From: Ascoidea asiatica JCM 7603
Lineage: Eukaryota > Fungi > Ascomycota
Length of the DNA: 64,000 bases
Direction: 5' to 3'
Assembly: GCA_001600695.1 (NCBI GenBank)
Contig: BCKQ01000001.1
Coordinates: 476,279 to 540,278 of the forward strand
The translations under genes and the position numbers were made by a program. How positions within the stretch are numbered: position 1 is the stretch's first letter; every line of letters starts with the position of its first letter. This document shows, in pieces, positions 11,229 to 24,834 of the stretch. The notes under the pieces are model-generated. The model was not told the origin of the DNA and made no database searches. It saw only the letters and a program-made list of their open reading frames with translations.

Positions 11229-13844
11229 TCATACATCTGAAAGTATTCTCACTGGCGGGCCAAGATCAACTTTTTTCTGAAAATCGTTGCTTATAGAACT
11301 ATCTTTAGATGTATTTATTGAAGTGTTAACCGAAGTATTCATACTTGTATCTGATGATTCTAAACTAGTATCACTGTTTTTCTTCCACACTTTCAATTTA
11401 TCCCATTTATTGCTTTTACTACTGCTGTTCGACTGGGTCGAAATTACAGATCCTAAAGATATCGACGTTAAAGAATTGTCTACCTTCACCGGTGAACTAC
11501 TTATCAAATTCTCATTTTTTTTCTCATCTTCATTATCCGTTTTTCTGTGAATCATTGGTAAATTCCATCTAACTTTTTTAACTTTATGATTTTTATCTGG
11601 ATGGCTCATTGTACTTTTAAGATTTTTTGACTTTTTAGCACTTTTAACACTTTTCAAACTATTACTTCTCCGGAAAAATCTATTTTTGTTAGGAGAATTT
11701 AATGATAATGGTGAATGATTTCTTTTATCTCTATATTTAGAATTTGTTATTAAATTTCCATCATTACTAGTTATAGTCCTTGGCGATGATTGTGCGGGTA
11801 TTTTTGAAGATGAATTTACAACTGGTCTTGGTGAAGAATATCTATATTGACCAGCAACAGATCTAGGTGGGCTAGATTTTATTGAAATTCCAGCAAAAGA
11901 ATTTTTTCTTGAAGAAATATTACTGGAAGGAGGTGGATTTATTGGAATCATATTTTCATTTATAATTTTATCAAAATTATGAGTAGTTAATTGAGTAAGA
12001 GCAGAATAACAATTATTTAACATTCCATTAATTAAAGATAACATTTCATCTCTAATTTCATCCATATTATCAACTGTATTAATAACAGTTAATTTTTTAA
12101 TTGTAAGAAAAAAAGAATCTGTTAAAAAATCAAAAGGTTTTAAAACTTCAATACCACTTTTCATAATAATTTTATCAAAAAGTACAGATGAATGATAAAG
12201 AATTTCTTTTTCTACAGATTCTTTTAAATGTCCAACTTGAGTTTCAAATATTTGAGTTTCATAATCTCCCCAAGAATCCATTTCTTTTAATTTTTTAAGT
12301 AAAGATTGTGAATGTACTGAGAATACTTGATTTATATCATAACTTCTATCATCAGTATATTTTATTTCTAAATCATCAATTTTTAAAGATATTGAATTTA
12401 TTAAAGATTGTGAAGTTTGTTTTAAATCTTGTAAATCAGCTGGTAAAGAATCTTCATCATTCAGAATTCCATAAGTATTTGAAAATGAAGATAAAAGCAT
12501 TTCAATTTGATTTTTTTGAATAAGTAAAAATTTTCTTTTTGCTAATAATATTGCTTGAGATAATTTTTCACTATTATAAGTATTTAAAATATTTGATAAA
12601 GATTGTATAGCATCAGTTAATTTTAATAAACATTTTTCTTTTTTTAATTTAAAATTATTTATATTTTGTTGAACAATTTTTTGTTCTCTTTTTCTTAATT
12701 CATCAATTTCTTGTTTTTGTTCAGTTATCATTTTTAAATATGAACCAATATGACGATCTAAATTTTGAGTATTTCTTGTTAATTTAGTTTTAATTTGTTT
12801 TGCTCTATCAGCATATTTTAAAGTATTTAAAGTTTCATCATAATGATGAGAAGAAGGAGATATACAAACAATCATAACAGTTTTACAATTTCCACCTAAA
12901 GAAAATTTTAATAATCTTGTTAATTTTGAATCTCTATAAGGTATATGATTTCTTCTTCTTGGATCACATAAAGCATTAATACAATTACCTAAAGCTAATA
13001 AAGATTTATTAATATTTGCACCTTCTTGTAATCTTTCACCTCTATTTTTAGTTGCAGAAGCTCTTTCACTCCCAGCTAAATCAATTATTGAAAGTGTTGC
13101 AAAACAATGTTGTTCAGATAATTGTGCAGTTCTATTTTTTTGATCAATATTAATTTGTAAAACAGCATGAGATCTTGAAGAAGTTGAATTTGCTTCAGTT
13201 GGAGACATAGTTCTATTTTGATTACCTTTAATAATCATATCCATAACTTCTTTAACAGAATTTGGTTTATAAGTTGATAAATTTGTTACAGAAATTTTTT
13301 CATTTGAATCTTCTCTAATATTTAATAATCTTGAATTATTTAAAGGATTTAATAAATCTCTTATAGATTCATTATAAATTTCAAGATATGATAAAGATAT
13401 TTCAATAATTTTATCTTGTTTTAATAAATCTATTTTTTCAAATAATTCTCTCATTGTTAAAAATATTATTCCAGGATTATTTTGATTACCAGAAATTGTA
13501 TGAGTTTTACCACAACCTGTTGCACCATAAGCAAAAACAGTTGCATTAAAACCATCTAAAACAGAATCTAATAAAGGTTGAGTTGTTGCAGAATAAACAT
13601 TTTCTTGAGTTGAATCTTGATCAAATAATTTATCAAATACAAATCTATGTTCTCTAATTCTATTTTGAGAATATGGAAAAGCATTTTTTTGCATTCTTTG
13701 AAGTGGATTTGATTGATCAGCAGGATCAAAAATTAACATTCTATCATCTACAACATCAACAATCTTTCTTATACCATTTGGTACAAATCTACCAGTTTGA
13801 TTTTGAGTTTGACCATGATGATTATTATTATAGTTACTACTATG

Positions 13845-13922
<78 letters not shown>

Positions 13923-14096
13923 TTGTTGATGATTTGTAGATTTTGTTAAAGCGCCATCACTTAAAAAAATACTATCATCTTTTTGAACTATTAATCTTTG
14001 AGATTCTTTTTCAGTAAAAGGTCTAACTCTAACACAAACGGATATTGAAGATTCTTTTGCAGGTAATTCAGGTGAAATTGGTAAAGGTATTGTCAT
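11229..14096 (-). CDS. KIP3: Kinesin-8 motor
   Basis: SISVCVRVRP, P-loop AYGATGCGKT, SSRSHA, IDLAGSER, HIPYRDSKLTRLL and the Kip3-type VDDRMLIFDP. A poly-Asn insert is encoded by (AAT)n near 13845-13922. Confidence 0.95.
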
Positions 14097-14888
14097 TTTG
14101 AATAATTATGAAATGTATAACTTTTGATTATAGATATAGATGGATTATTAAGTGAATATAATATAAAAAAAAACAGAGAAAAACAAAGAACAGAAAAGAA
14201 AGGAAGTAAAACTAGAAATGAATATTAATATTGATATTGATATTGATATTGATATTGGTATTGATATTGATATAACTGATGATAAATATGGATATTAATA
14301 TAGTAGGTATTAGTATAATAGCAAATTGTAAGAAATAAATAGAAGATGAAATATGATTGAATTAAACTTAGATACTTTTATAGATGGCAATATACATATA
14401 TACATATATGTATATATATGATATATTATCTATAATATATATATATATATATATGATATAATATTAATATATTTAATAATTTGTGATTGATTGATTGATA
14501 ATTAGAATAAGATTATTGAATAATGAATATAAAATGAGCATTTAATTGTAATAATATAATATATAATACTTTATAATATAATATTGTATAATATAATATA
14601 TAAAATAAGAAAAATTAGAATATATTTAGATAATATTTATAATATTGATACTTTGTTGAAACAATTAAAATTACAATTACAATAAAAATTACAATAATTG
14701 ATTCTTAATAGATTTAATATAAATATATCTATAATTTAATATATTATGATTATATTTACTTATATTTAATGAATTTGTTAAAAATTAATAAAAAATTTTA
14801 GTGTAAAAGTTCTTGATTTTTATCGGTTATAAAATAAGGTTTCTTAAATATACTGTATTAAAATAAAAATACAGTAAAAATAGAGTAA

Positions 14889-14928
<40 letters not shown>

Positions 14929-17355
14929 GTAATAGTAATAAAGAGTTTTTAATTAATTTTCTTTATTGAAATATTCTTTTATGAGATAATATAAGATATG
15001 ATAATTTGATTATGATAATTGAATATGACAATTGAATTGAATTGATTTTAAAATTGAAATTTAAATTGAAATAAGATCAGTTGAATAAGTTGAATAGGTT
15101 AATCAAATTGATTAAATTCTGGAAGAATTAAAAGAATTGGAATAATTAATTTGAAAAGTTTCCAGTTGTATTTGAATAAAAGTTTGATCGAATTCTTTTA
15201 GAAAGCCTTTTTAGAAAGTATTTTAGAAAATCTTAAGTAAATTCAAAAGGAATAGAAATCGAAATCGAAATAGAATCAAAATCAGATTCAGAAAGAGAAA
15301 TAGAATGAAACCCTTAAGGTTAATTGTTTTTTTTTGAAGATCAAAAGATCAGAAGATCAAATAATAATTTAATAATAATTGAATAATACTGGAATTCTTC
15401 AGATTCACTTCGTTGATATTCTTTTTTGTAAGTAAAGAAAGTTATGAAAGTTGTGAAAGTTGTGAAAGTTGAAAAAAAAAGGTCAGAAAGTTGTGAGATT
15501 TGTGAGATTTGTGAGATTTGTTTATTTTTTTTATACCTTTCTTGTTTTTGAGTAATGTCAAATGGACTAAAACAGCAAAACGTAAACACGTGAAAAAGTA
15601 AGCAGATTCCCAATCGGGCAGGAACCCAGATTAGGGACAGAGATCCTGGACAGATATTGTCACTCACCGCAGATCCATACTGGCCCTGATGGAATCAGTG
15701 TTGACCCTCCAAATATGTGCTGCTTTAAAAAGCGGGTCACTCTTGGTCCGTAGAAACTAAAAAAGAACCCCGTTCTAGGACAACCATTTTTTTAAGCGTG
15801 GGAAAATGTAGGAATAGGCATCTAGATATCAAAGAACTTGCACCCGCTTTTTCTGTGTAAAGGTGATTATATTAAATTAATTAAATAATCTGTTTACATT
15901 TTTTCTTTTATTTATCCTCTGGTAACAGCATACTCCATGCGCGAATCTCGAATGTTATCCGAAAACAATAGCATGTCACATGCTCAAATCTTTTATAACT
16001 TGTAATGGGCTTTGCAATGAGTGCAAGGATTCATTAATGATTTATTATGAGTGAAAAGATTCTAAATTTACTACAGTGATACTAAAATAGTTTGGCACTG
16101 TAGAGATTCTAGGCACGTTACTTACGGCAGTAATTATTAATTTTATTACTACTGTAGTAGTGCATATTGTATTGAATTAAGTGTAATTTATAAATTCCTG
16201 AGTGGCAATGGATGGAACTAATGGTACTAATTATGGGGCCTACAAGTCCTAAAGCACTTAAACACTTACGTAAGTGTGCTTGGTTAACCGAATATTGGAT
16301 ATTATGCTATGTATAGAATAGACAAGAGCACATGCAGCCAGTCAACAAAACTCCTTCCTGCTTTTTGTTGCCTTCAGTTACGTCCATGTTACCACGCACC
16401 ATGTGTCCTAACTTTTTCCGGCGTAGTCAGTTGTGCCTTGCTGCACTCTGGCGTGCACCTTTCCGAAGCTGCTCTCTAAAATTAGAACTGCTGCCAGTGC
16501 TGTGGGTCTGTTCTGTTCTGTTCTGTTATTTTCCTCCTCCTGGTTCAATTTCCAGTAACAGCAGCAAATGATTCTCGGCCCTGAGTCGATTTGCTTCAGT
16601 ACTGTAAATTACCACTATTTTCTCACAGCTTTAATATTTATTACTTAATCAATCATCACCTTAAAATTGTTTATTCTTATTTTTATATTTTTTTATTTCT
16701 ATATCCTTTTCTTATGATTTTGAATTACTTTTTTTATTTGTCAATGTAATAAGAAATATCTTCTAATAGACTTATGTAAAATTCTAATTTGAAATTATGT
16801 ATCTCCAAAATAAATAATCTTGATAATATTCTCATGAATATGAATATGAATATGAATATGAATATGAATATGAATATCTTCTATCTAAAATTATTATTTT
16901 TTAAAAATCTTTTGATCGGTAACTGTTAATTGAAAGTTATTCAAATGAAAATAAAACATGTTAAGAATCAAATTACTAATATAAAATTCTTTTCAAATTC
17001 TCAACAGATTTAAAATTCAATTCATGGAGAATGAATAACCTAATTTATACTATTATAAAAAATATAATTTTTTAATTTTTTTAATATTAAATAACTCTTT
17101 CTATTAACTTTTTCATTTACGTACCTTTTTATTTCACATTTTAAGTAATTTCTCTTACAATCTTATCTCTTAAATTATGCAAATACCAACTATCTTCCAT
17201 TTATCTATCAAGTATCTATCAAGTATCTATCAAGTATCTATTGATTATCTGAGTTGGAGTAATATCATTAAATGCAATACGTAATTAAATATCAAATATA
17301 TTTCAATAAATCTAAAACGGAAAAGACCCACAAACCTGGTCTCAAAATGCATCCG

Positions 17356-17387
17356 GTCACATGATTTGAAATGTAAAAACCGGGTAA
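17356..17387. promoter_or_regulatory. Cbf1-like (GTCACATGA) and Reb1-like (CCGGGTAA) sites upstream of NUP53
   Basis: Motifs at 17356-17364 and 17380-17387, about 200 bp upstream of the ATG at 17583. Confidence 0.55.
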
Positions 17388-17582
17388 CCATTTTTAGTAT
17401 TTTATTTATATTTATTTTTTGTGTTGTTGAAAATATCAAAATATCAAAATATCAAAATATCAAAATATCAAAATATTAGAAACTGAACCTAATTTAAAGG
17501 AATTAAAAGTAGATTGAATAACAATCCAATTCAATTCATTTCAATTATACTTATAATATTTTAACAATATCATATTTCTATA

Positions 17583-19898
17583 ATGAATTCCACTTCAAAT
17601 ATATTCCAGAACTCTTCTGCTCCTGAAATTCCATTTCTTTCAACTTCTTCTCTTTCAAATTATACTTCAAATCTAAATTCAAATAATATAAATAACATCA
17701 ATAATAATATAAATAATAATGTCAATAATAATATCAATATCAATAACAATAACGATGTCAATAACAATAACAATAATGGAAATAATAACTCAAGTTTAAT
17801 TAAAAATTTTAAAAATTCATTTTCAAATTCTACAAAATCTTGGATATTTGAAGAAAATTATAAAAAATTACCTTCAACATTTATCCCTCGTTCAATAAAT
17901 TTATCTGAATTAAATGAATTTGATAATAACAATAATGATAATGATAATGATAATGATGTTAACCTAACTTCCAATAATGACAATGATTCAAATCTTCAGA
18001 ATAATACTGAAAATTCTTTAAATAATAACAGTAATAATAATAACAGTAATAATAATACAAATAATTCAAATAATTCAAATAATTCAAATAATAATGAAAT
18101 GAATAATTTAAATAGGAAAAAAATTTTATTTAATTCAAATTTAAAAATTTCTTCAAATCCACTGAAAAAAAATTCAAAAATTTTAAATGATTTAAATAAT
18201 TCTAAAATTAAATCAATTAATTTATATAATTCATATTTAAATTCAAATGATGTAAATAATTTAATTTATAATTCAAATATTAATCAAAATACTAATCAAA
18301 ATAATTATTTAAAAAAAGATTTAGATTTACCTCCAAGAAGATCAATTTTAGATTTAGATAATGATTATGATATGGATTCTTCTTTTAATAATTTTGATTA
18401 TAATAATAATAATATTAATAATAATAATAATCAAATTCAAATTCAAATTCAAAATCAAAATCAAAATCAAAATCAAAATTTAAAATTATCTTATTTTGAT
18501 TCAATAGATAATTCAATAAGTAATTCAAATAATAATAATAATAATAATAATAATAATTCAAATAATAATATTAAAAATAATAATCTTGATACTTCTTTTA
18601 ATGCATTTAATTCAATTTTAAATTCAAAATATTCTAAATTTAATAATAATTTTAATATTAATTCAAGTAATAATAATAAAGATAATAGTAACAATAAAAA
18701 TAATATTAATTCCAATATCAATAATAATAATAACAATAACAATAATAATAATGATAATAATCTTTATGATTATGATCCAAATGATAAAAATTCAAATTCA
18801 ATTCTTGTTTTTGGTTATAAAGAATCTGATTCAAATTTAATTATTCAACATTTTGCAAAATATGGTAAAATTTTAGAAGATTTTCAAATTTTAAGAAAAT
18901 TAAATTATTATTCAAATTCAAATATTAATATAAACTTAAATATTGTTAATAATAATAATAACAATACCAATAATAATATTGATATTAATGATACAAATAT
19001 TATTAATAGTAATAATAAAAATATTCCAATATATACTGATAATGGTTGGATTAAATTAACTTTTAATAATTATTCATCTTTATTAAGAGCTATAAAAGAT
19101 AATGGTTTAATATTTAAAGGTAATACAATCTTATTTGTTGAAAAATTTTCAAATAAATTATTTGAAACTTTATCAAATTATAAACCAAATGCAATTGAAA
19201 ATTTAATTGAACAAAAAAAAAAAGAAATGAATATAATTATAGATAATAATGATAATATAATTAATAATAATAATAATAATGGTTTAAATGATATTAATGA
19301 ATCCTTTTCAAATAATACTATTTTAAATAATCATAATAATAATAATCCTCAATTTGTTGATTTTACAGATATGGATACTTCAATAATTTATGAAAATACA
19401 TTCATTAAAAATACAAATAATTCAATTTCTTTAATGGATTTAGATTCAACATTACCATTAAATACTTCAATTAATCAATTTCCTATTAATAATTCTAATT
19501 CTAATTCTAATTTCAATAAACCAAATAATACTTTTACATTTTTAGATAAATTAAATCAATCTAAAACTGATAAAAATATAAAAACTAATACTGGTAGTAA
19601 AGATGAAAAAAATAATACAAATATTCAAAGTAATAATAAAATTGATAATAAAGGTGATAATAAAAGTAATAATTCTATAAATAATTTAAAAAATGATAAA
19701 AAAAGAAATAATCATTATATTGAATTAAAACCTTCAGATAATTTATATCTTAAAAAACCAAATAAAAATAAAAAAGTAACTTCAATTAATGAAACTTTTA
19801 TTCAAAACTATGAAAAGAATATGAAAAATAAAAAAGATAATGATAAAGGAATACTCTCAAGAGGAATTGAATGGGTTTTTGGTGTTGATATTCTATAG
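17583..19898 (+). CDS. NUP53: Nucleoporin Nup53/Asm4 (Nup35 family)
   Basis: RRM-like domain SILVFGYKE...IIQHFAKYGKILEDF...IYTDNGWIKLTF...RAIKDNG, LPPRRSILD, and a C-terminal amphipathic helix GILSRGIEWVFG. Confidence 0.88.
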   Translation: MNSTSNIFQNSSAPEIPFLSTSSLSNYTSNLNSNNINNINNNINNNVNNNININNNNDVNNNNNNGNNNSSLIKNFKNSFSNSTKSWIFEENYKKLPSTFIPRSINLSELNEFDNNNNDNDNDNDVNLTSNNDNDSNLQNNTENSLNNNSNNNNSNNNTNNSNNSNNSNNNEMNNLNRKKILFNSNLKISSNPLKKNSKILNDLNNSKIKSINLYNSYLNSNDVNNLIYNSNINQNTNQNNYLKKDLDLPPRRSILDLDNDYDMDSSFNNFDYNNNNINNNNNQIQIQIQNQNQNQNQNLKLSYFDSIDNSISNSNNNNNNNNNNSNNNIKNNNLDTSFNAFNSILNSKYSKFNNNFNINSSNNNKDNSNNKNNINSNINNNNNNNNNNNDNNLYDYDPNDKNSNSILVFGYKESDSNLIIQHFAKYGKILEDFQILRKLNYYSNSNININLNIVNNNNNNTNNNIDINDTNIINSNNKNIPIYTDNGWIKLTFNNYSSLLRAIKDNGLIFKGNTILFVEKFSNKLFETLSNYKPNAIENLIEQKKKEMNIIIDNNDNIINNNNNNGLNDINESFSNNTILNNHNNNNPQFVDFTDMDTSIIYENTFIKNTNNSISLMDLDSTLPLNTSINQFPINNSNSNSNFNKPNNTFTFLDKLNQSKTDKNIKTNTGSKDEKNNTNIQSNNKIDNKGDNKSNNSINNLKNDKKRNNHYIELKPSDNLYLKKPNKNKKVTSINETFIQNYEKNMKNKKDNDKGILSRGIEWVFGVDIL

Positions 19899-20209
19899 AT
19901 TTAATAAATATTTAATAAATATTTAATAAATATTTAATGAATATTTAATAAATATTTCATTTATTCATTTATTTTCAAAATATCCTTATTTTTCCGTGGT
20001 CATTTCCGCTGCCATGGAAATAACTCTAATCAGTAAGCATTTAACCTTGCGCGGACCGGATGGGACCGGAAATTAAAACTTAAATTTTAAATTTTTAACG
20101 TTTTGTGAACTTTCCACTGGAAATTTAAAGATATTTTTTTATTCAGAAATGAATTTGATAAAGAAACAATTGATTTTATCTTTGTAACAGAGAAAAGGAA
20201 ATACTTGAA

Positions 20210-21142
20210 ATGTCTTCACAAGTTGTAGTTAAGAGAATTGTATCTGCAATTCAAAAGTTCTATCCATTGGAGCATGCTGATCGTTCTTGGGATAATGTTG
20301 GTTTATTAGTTGATTCAACAATAGATTCAATTGATACAACAAATTCAATATTTTCAAATAAGAAAATTAATAATGATTTAAAATCATTTAAAATTTCAAT
20401 ATTATTAACAATTGATTTAACAACAAATGTTGTAAATGAAGCAATTGAAAAAAATACAAATTTTATTTTAACTTATCATCCATTTATATTCAAAGGTATA
20501 AAATCAATAAATTTTAATAATTACAATCAAGATTCAAAAAATATTTCATTAATAAAATTAATTAAAAATAATATTTCTGTTTATTCTCCTCATACTTCTG
20601 TTGATTCAGTTAAAAATGGTGTGAATGATTTTTTAGTTGATTGTTTAATTGATAATAATTTAAATTTACAATTTAAAAGGTATCCAATTCAACCTCATTT
20701 TTCAAATAATGGTTTTAAAAGTAATTCAGAAGGTATGGGAAGAGTTTTAATTTTAAAAAATTCAATAAATTTAAATAAAATAATTTTAAATATTAAAAAA
20801 AATTTAAATTTAAATTATATTCAATTATCAAATTCAATTAATAATAATAAAGAAATTAAAACTATTGCAATTTGTGCAGGTTCTGGATCTTCAATATTTA
20901 AAGAAATTAAATCTGATGAAAAAATTGATTTATATTTCACTGGAGAAATATCTCATCATGAAGCTTTAGCAATTAAAGAATCTGGTTCAAATTTAATTAT
21001 ATGTAATCATTCAAATTCTGAAAGAGCATATTTAAGTATTATAAAATCTAATTTATTAAATGAATTATCTTCAACTTTTAATAATCTTGAAATTAATATA
21101 AGTGAAACAGATTCAGATCCATTTGAATTTATAAAATTATAA
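20210..21142 (+). CDS. NIF3: Nif3/DUF34 metal-binding protein
   Basis: YPLEHADRSWDNVGLL, YHPFIF, VYSPHTSVD, IAICAGSG, TGEISHH, HSNSER. Confidence 0.96.
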   Translation: MSSQVVVKRIVSAIQKFYPLEHADRSWDNVGLLVDSTIDSIDTTNSIFSNKKINNDLKSFKISILLTIDLTTNVVNEAIEKNTNFILTYHPFIFKGIKSINFNNYNQDSKNISLIKLIKNNISVYSPHTSVDSVKNGVNDFLVDCLIDNNLNLQFKRYPIQPHFSNNGFKSNSEGMGRVLILKNSINLNKIILNIKKNLNLNYIQLSNSINNNKEIKTIAICAGSGSSIFKEIKSDEKIDLYFTGEISHHEALAIKESGSNLIICNHSNSERAYLSIIKSNLLNELSSTFNNLEINISETDSDPFEFIKL

Positions 21143-21237
21143 TATATAATATATAATATATAATATATAATATATAGAATATAATATTTAATATATGAAA
21201 AAAATATTTGAAAAAATAATAAGTTATATAGTATAAT

Positions 21238-23355
21238 TTACCAATCATCATCATCTTCATCATCACTTCTTGCAACTTTTTTCTTTCTTTTTAATAAAGC
21301 TTGATTTAAAGCTTCTGCTAAATTTGCAGGTTGACCACCAGGTATTCCAGGACCTGAATTATTTGAATTTATATTTGGTTTTTCACCTTTTGCTTCAGAT
21401 AATAATACTGAAGGTTTTTCTAATTGAGATTTATCAGTTTTTTTTAAAGCATGTATACCTCCTGCACCTCTAATTGAAGCTAATAAAGCATCTCTATTTG
21501 AATCAATTGTAGGCAGAGGAATATTATTATTTGTATTATTTGTTTGATTATTATTTAACATTCCCATTGGAGGTGGTGGTGGTGGAGCAGATGCACCTGG
21601 ATTAGAAAGTGGTTGTACTGAAGGAGGTGGTGGTGGAGCAGGAGGTGGAGCAGGAGGTATTGAAGAATTATTCATTGAGGGAATTGATTGTGTAGGTTGT
21701 GTAGGTTGTATGGATGGTATTGGTGGAGGAGGTGGAACTTGTTGAGGATATATTTGAGGTTGTATTTGAGGTTGCACTGGAGGTTGTACTGGAGGTTGTA
21801 CTGGAGGTTGAAATTGAGGTCGAGGTGGTGGAATAATATTTTGTGTAGGTATTGGTCTTGTTGAAGGAATTTGAGAAATTGGATTATATATATTTGTATT
21901 TTGTTGTTGTGGAATTGAATAATTATTATATGAATTATTTATTTGAATTGGAGGAGATGGACTTTGTTGATAAGGTTGTTGTTGTTGAATTGGTTGATGT
22001 CTTGAAGGTGGTGGAGGCGGAGCATTATTTCTTCTTGGAGGTGGTGGTGGTGGTGGACCATTTCTATTTGGAATTCCAAATGAATTTTGATTAATTAAAT
22101 TTTGATTATTTTGAGATAAACCAAATTGAGAAACTTGAACAGATTGACCAGGTTGAATTGGTAATCTTGGAGGTAATGAAGGTCTTGAAGGTGGTGGAGG
22201 AGGTATATTATTATTATTTGCTCTTGGAGGAGGTGGTGGAGGAGCATTATAAGAAGAAGAAGAAGAAGAAAGAGGAGGTGGTGGGTATGCATTTGGTATA
22301 CCAAATCTTGAAGGTGGAGCTGGAGGTAAATTATTACCTAAAGAATTATTTTGAGAATATTGAAATTCACTTTTTGGTGGTAATGGAGGTGGTAATGGAG
22401 AAGTTGGAGTTGAAGTTGGAATTGGAATTGTAGGTTGAAAAGATTGATTATTTAATTGAGGATTTAATTGAAAATTTAATTGAGGATTTAAATTTGAATA
22501 TTTTGATTTTATTGGACCAGATTGTAATGGAGGTACTCTAAATCTTGGTTTTGATTCATTAATTTTAATTTGAGAATTTGAATTTTCAATAATTATAGAA
22601 TCTTTTGTAATTGAATCATTTTGATCATCATTTGAATCATTTTTTGAAGAGAATGAAGAAACTGAAGAATTTTGTTGTATTGGAGTGTGAGATTGAGATT
22701 GAGATTGAGATTGTGATTGAGATTGGGTAGGAGGTGGTGGAGGTGGAGCTTTTGTTTTTTTTCTAGATATTGAATCCGATGAATGTGGTGTATTATTATT
22801 TGAAGTATTGGAAGTATTGGAAGTATTGGAAGATACAAATGAAGTTCTTATTCTTTGTTCAAAATCAGGATTATTATTAATTGAATTATTACCTCTTGGA
22901 CCAAAATTTTGATCAATATTTGAAAAATTTTTCATCACAATTGCATTTTTATTTTGATTTGTTAATTTTGAACCATATTTTTCTCTATTTATAACTCTTT
23001 TAAAAAAATGATTTGCTTCAGAAATATCTTGAAATAAAAAACCAATAAAACAATTATCAATTTCAAAAGTATGAAAAAAAGTTCTATCTTTATTATAATT
23101 AAAATCTAAATAAATTTCTTGATCAAAAATTACACCTTTTAAAGAATTTGAAATATCAATTAATTTAAAGAAAAAAGTATGACCTAATAAATCATCAATT
23201 AAAACTATAGCACCTGATAAACCTGTATATATCCAATTATCAGTATTTGGAAAAGAAATATAAATACGAGCTACAGTTGTATCTATGATTTTATTTTTTT
23301 GTTTTGGAATACATCTTCTTATTTTTTCTTTATCTGCAGTTTGCAATAAACCCAT
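21238..23355 (-). CDS. LAS17: WASP homolog Las17
   Basis: N-terminal WH1 domain (MGLL...DKEKIRRCIPK), polyproline tracts, WH2 RDALLASIRGAGG, acidic C-terminus DDEDDDDW. Confidence 0.96.
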   Translation of the reverse strand: MGLLQTADKEKIRRCIPKQKNKIIDTTVARIYISFPNTDNWIYTGLSGAIVLIDDLLGHTFFFKLIDISNSLKGVIFDQEIYLDFNYNKDRTFFHTFEIDNCFIGFLFQDISEANHFFKRVINREKYGSKLTNQNKNAIVMKNFSNIDQNFGPRGNNSINNNPDFEQRIRTSFVSSNTSNTSNTSNNNTPHSSDSISRKKTKAPPPPPPTQSQSQSQSQSQSHTPIQQNSSVSSFSSKNDSNDDQNDSITKDSIIIENSNSQIKINESKPRFRVPPLQSGPIKSKYSNLNPQLNFQLNPQLNNQSFQPTIPIPTSTPTSPLPPPLPPKSEFQYSQNNSLGNNLPPAPPSRFGIPNAYPPPPLSSSSSSYNAPPPPPPRANNNNIPPPPPSRPSLPPRLPIQPGQSVQVSQFGLSQNNQNLINQNSFGIPNRNGPPPPPPPRRNNAPPPPPSRHQPIQQQQPYQQSPSPPIQINNSYNNYSIPQQQNTNIYNPISQIPSTRPIPTQNIIPPPRPQFQPPVQPPVQPPVQPQIQPQIYPQQVPPPPPIPSIQPTQPTQSIPSMNNSSIPPAPPPAPPPPPSVQPLSNPGASAPPPPPPMGMLNNNQTNNTNNNIPLPTIDSNRDALLASIRGAGGIHALKKTDKSQLEKPSVLLSEAKGEKPNINSNNSGPGIPGGQPANLAEALNQALLKRKKKVARSDDEDDDDW

Positions 23356-24403
23356 TTTTGTAAGAAAGGAAGAGTCTATAATATGAACTACTACCTACTA
23401 CTAGAAAGATATTCTTGTCTTCTCTTGAACAATTACCTATACAATACAAACTAAGATATAATATAATTCAATATACAATCAATTAAAGCTGTATTTTATT
23501 ATTAATCTGATTCTCTGAGATTGATCCAGATATTTCAGCAATACAATGGAAAATACGTTTCCCAACACTCACTTCCTTTTCACTTCACCATTATCTCATT
23601 ATCTCAGTATCTCAGTATCTCAGAAAAGGAGAAGCAAAAACACTTCAGCACTGAAATTGTTAACTTACAGTACTTCCACATCCTCACCCACAGTTCTGGT
23701 CTCATTTTTTTTAATTTTTTTCAAAACATTAGACCCACCCTGCTGGATTTTAAAAAGAACTACCGCAAACATGGTCTCAAAACAGAAATCCGGAAATGCG
23801 CAGTAAACTAGCCACCGCAACACAAAACGTGGCAAGTGACACACGGCTGACATAATCCGCGGCAACCCGTGTCACATGACCGTGTTTTGTTTACACTTTC
23901 GATGGTTTTTTTTGGTTTCGCGTCTGTCTGGGTCTTGTTGACTGATTGAGTGATTATATTGTGCAGTGCTGAATTATACCTTTATTTATTATACCTTTAT
24001 TTATTATACCTTTATTTATTTATTTATTTTATTCTATTGTAAGTATTTCATTATTACTTCATTAATATAAATAAATATATTGATATTTAAGATTATCACC
24101 ATCAATCAGATCTTGTTTTGGACTGAGTTTAATCACCAATTACTTCTTTCAAATTATCAAATCAATTGAATTCTTAATCATCATTTCCTAAATTATAGAT
24201 TTGAATCAAATATTTAAAATCATTAATGAAATAAATTTAATCCCTTTTTTAAAACATAATCATTTTATATTCTTATATGGTAATCTTTTCATTAAAACCA
24301 TAATCAATATTGAAGGATTTTAAATTTTAGAACTATAGTGAATGATTTAAAATCACAATACAATAATCATTTTAATATTTAGTTAATTTTTATAATTAAT
24401 TTA

Positions 24404-24793
24404 ATGTCTTCATTATCTTCATCAAATATACCATATAGAGGAAATAATAATTATATACCTCAAACAAATTTTACTTCAACAAATGCAACTGATAATATTT
24501 TAATTGGTTGTCATTTTATTGATACAACTAATCAAAATAATTTAAATGAAAATTTACCAGTTTTTTTTTTTAATATTTCAAAATATTCAAGAATTGAAGA
24601 TGTTTTTACTAATTTTAAAATTATAACAAATAAAAATTTATTAGATTCAAATTCTGTTTTAATTACAAATTTAAATAATGAAAGATTTGATAGAAATAAT
24701 TTTATTAATCATTATAATATAAAATATATGGATATTTTTAAAATTATTCAAATTAATTCAATAATGTCATTAACTCCATCTTTATTAACAACA

Positions 24794-24834
<41 letters not shown>

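Noticed and set aside
8230-22838. Antisense or overlapping ORFs rich in Leu, Tyr, His or Val inside long genes
   Set aside because: Shadow frames of AAT, CCA and CAA codon runs in real genes.
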